Source of the DNA: Tricharina praecox | Lineage: Eukaryota | Assembly: GCF_024521635.1 (NCBI RefSeq) | Contig: NW_026250446.1 | Span: 62,001-126,000 of the forward strand | Direction: 5' to 3' | DNA: 64,000 bases | Translations under genes and position numbers: made by a program | In this document: positions 61,928 to 64,000 of the stretch, piece after piece | Position numbering within the stretch: position 1 is the stretch's first letter | How the letters are laid out: every line of letters begins with the position of its first letter | Notes under the pieces: model-generated | Told to the model about the DNA's origin: nothing | Databases searched by the model: none | What the model saw: the letters and a program-made list of their open reading frames with translations, nothing else

Positions 61928-62479
61928 CGTGGATCTTCTGGGTAATCCGTAAAAAAAGTGTTGCTGAGAGCGAAGAAAGTTGTCGAGATTTTTGCTGTCG
62001 GTATTGTGGCAGGAACGGGGGAGATGGTGTGGGAAGGAAGGAAGGTTGGTTGTCGTCGAACGATTTCTAAGAGTAGCAGAGCCTCCGCGAGTCCTCACCG
62101 TCAATAGCATCTGGGAGTTGAGGGTCGTTTGCGCAGGCATGATTTAGCGTCAACACGCTCGTCGGCTGGTACATCACGTGTGACGTGGCAATCGATGGGG
62201 TCAAACACGGTCCGAAACCACCAAATGGAATAGATGACGAGCGCAACTGGACGAGCGCGTACAGCGGCTATTGTCCTTCCGGCTACACAATAGTCGACGA
62301 AAAACTACCACTCGTGGAAGAACGACATCACGATGGTCCTCAGCGGCGAAGATGAGCTCAATATCTTACTCGGACAGAAGATCCTCCCAATGCGAATGCG
62401 ACGGCCGCTACGAGAGTACCATGTCGCAAACGGAGTAGAAGCGCAGCGACGATGATCTACTCATCGGTGCCTCCACTAT

Positions 62480-62735
62480 CGGGGAACCGCAACTCGGTCA
62501 GCACACTCGCGGCGAGTGCACCTCGCCCGGTATCCCATCGGGGACAATCTTCTCGGCGAGTGCACCTTGGCCAGCGACCTATCAGCGAGCGCCGCAGCGA
62601 GTATCCCATCGGAGACCCTTCTTTCGGCGAGTGAAACTCGGCTAGTATCCTATCGAGGATCTTACGATTGGCGACTGCACCTCGGCCAGTATCCCATCGG
62701 GGACCATATATCGGCAAACGGCAACTCGGCCAGTG
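62480..62735 (+). repeat. Degenerate ~40-45 bp tandem repeats
   Basis: Recurring CGGCGAGTGCACCT and GTATCCCATCGG motifs. Confidence 0.65.
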
Positions 62736-63399
62736 GTTGAGAGAGAAAGCTCTTCGACTCCTGGGAAAAGATAGAGATGTTCCTGTTTCATTTCGCATGC
62801 AGCCCATCTAGACTATGGCGAACCAACGAACTCCTTTTCGTGCCCGCCCTGGCCAGTCGAGATGAAAGTCCCGGTACTGGCCTGTCCGATGCGCCACCCC
62901 ACTTTCCCCGCCCATCCGCCTCGGGCCGACACAAGCAAAAAGTAGAAAGTAGATTGACAGTAAAGAGCGGTATGGGCCTACATGCCCGCTTGCCCGCTCC
63001 TCCTGCTGCCCCCTCACCTCTCTCCCTCGTCCTCCGCTTCCGCTCTAAAAACAAACTATCACCCCGTATCCTCCTCTCCTACTTCCTCGCATCAGCTGCG
63101 GACGCAGTACCCTGTTGGGCACTCTTGCTCTGCCCCCGATGCGGTTCTATCGCACTCTGCGAGAACTGTCGTCAAAAAAGCGAAATACGGAGCCCGAGTG
63201 CGAACGTGTGATCGAAATTTCGTGGGTCCGGACAAGGCAGGATGAAAGGCCGATCCAGTAGGAGAAAAGAGGTGAAAAATCAGCACAGGCAAGAAAAGGT
63301 GTGATGATGGTATCGCTGCTTCTAGACGAGGAAGGCTACCAACAGGAGGTGCGGGTTTCCGTCGCTGAGCATCCGTGACGAGTCTGTCTTGCGACCAAC

Positions 63400-64000
63400 C
63401 GAGCCCATCTCCTTCGTCCAGCGTTTCTCATATCTTGTAGAATAGGAAATACTATTTTAGGAAATGCGAGAGATACATACACATCTTCAGGCTACCTGAG
63501 AGGCATTTGAAACCGGGCATAATTTCTGCTCCCGCAGCACTGGGCGAGTGACTACCCAACATGCGAATGCTAATCCATCGGTTGTTGACGACGCACAGCA
63601 GCAAAGCAGCCTTCGCACGGCAAAAAAACTCGTCCCCTCGCGCAGCGGTCAGGAAGACGACGTTTTTTCAGAGGAAAACCCGTAGGTAAAAAACCTCACC
63701 ACGTAACCTGTGGCCATGGAATGTCAGGGGGAGTTCACTCACCTCTGCTCGTTGCACCGACGGTCCACCCCATACGTCCGCAGATCGTATTGAGCGTGGC
63801 CCCGCCCTCCGCCACCAACACCAGCCTCTCCTTCGCCGCCGCACGCCTCTTGATATCTACAGCATCCCAAAGCTGCTGAGGAAAGGTGCTAACTTTCCTC
63901 TGCCGCTTTGCGAGCAAAGCAAGAAGCGGACATGTCTCGTAGACGCCAATCCGGCGGGCGACGTCTACTGGCCGCTCGGAGAGGCGGGGCTGACGGCCTC
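63400..64000 (-). pseudogene. J-domain-like family, copy 3 (3' part; 5' part lies outside the window)
   Basis: Exon 3 (AAAKERLVLVAEGGAT..ICGRMGW), 35-nt intron 63708-63742, exon 4 GYVVRFFTYGFS with an apparent frameshift in an A-run. Confidence 0.7.

Noticed and set aside
62777..63211. CPRC..CENC zinc-finger ORF
   Set aside because: Only four Cys in an otherwise UTR-like frame; insufficient support.

Overview
Eukaryotic genomic DNA from a filamentous ascomycete (GT-AG introns with CTAAC/CTGAC branch points; the repeat content suggests Pezizomycetes, which is an inference). Only three clearly conserved genes are present: a convergent pair, eIF2B-delta (GCD2, 3 exons) and the DEAD-box helicase ROK1, plus a conserved fungal hypothetical protein at 33.7-34.9 kb that sits behind a ~9 kb microsatellite-rich, gene-poor region. 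The rest is accessory DNA: lineage-specific genes and pseudogenes, two hAT-type MITEs with 8-bp TSDs, a Mutator-like deletion derivative, two copies of a ~1.6-1.9 kb TIR element with no evident TSD, a LINE relic and tRNA-derived repeats. The most unusual observations are: (1) a multicopy spliced gene family encoding a J-domain-like protein with the HPD loop deleted (3 copies plus 2 distant fragments), hit twice by the same TIR element; (2) candidate ultra-short 28-35 nt introns supported by frame conservation between paralogs; (3) a gene built from tandem exon+intron modules, with five related introns of exactly 51 nt; (4) RIP-like CpA/TpG-to-TpA damage in duplicated genes. All calls were made by eye, without database searches.
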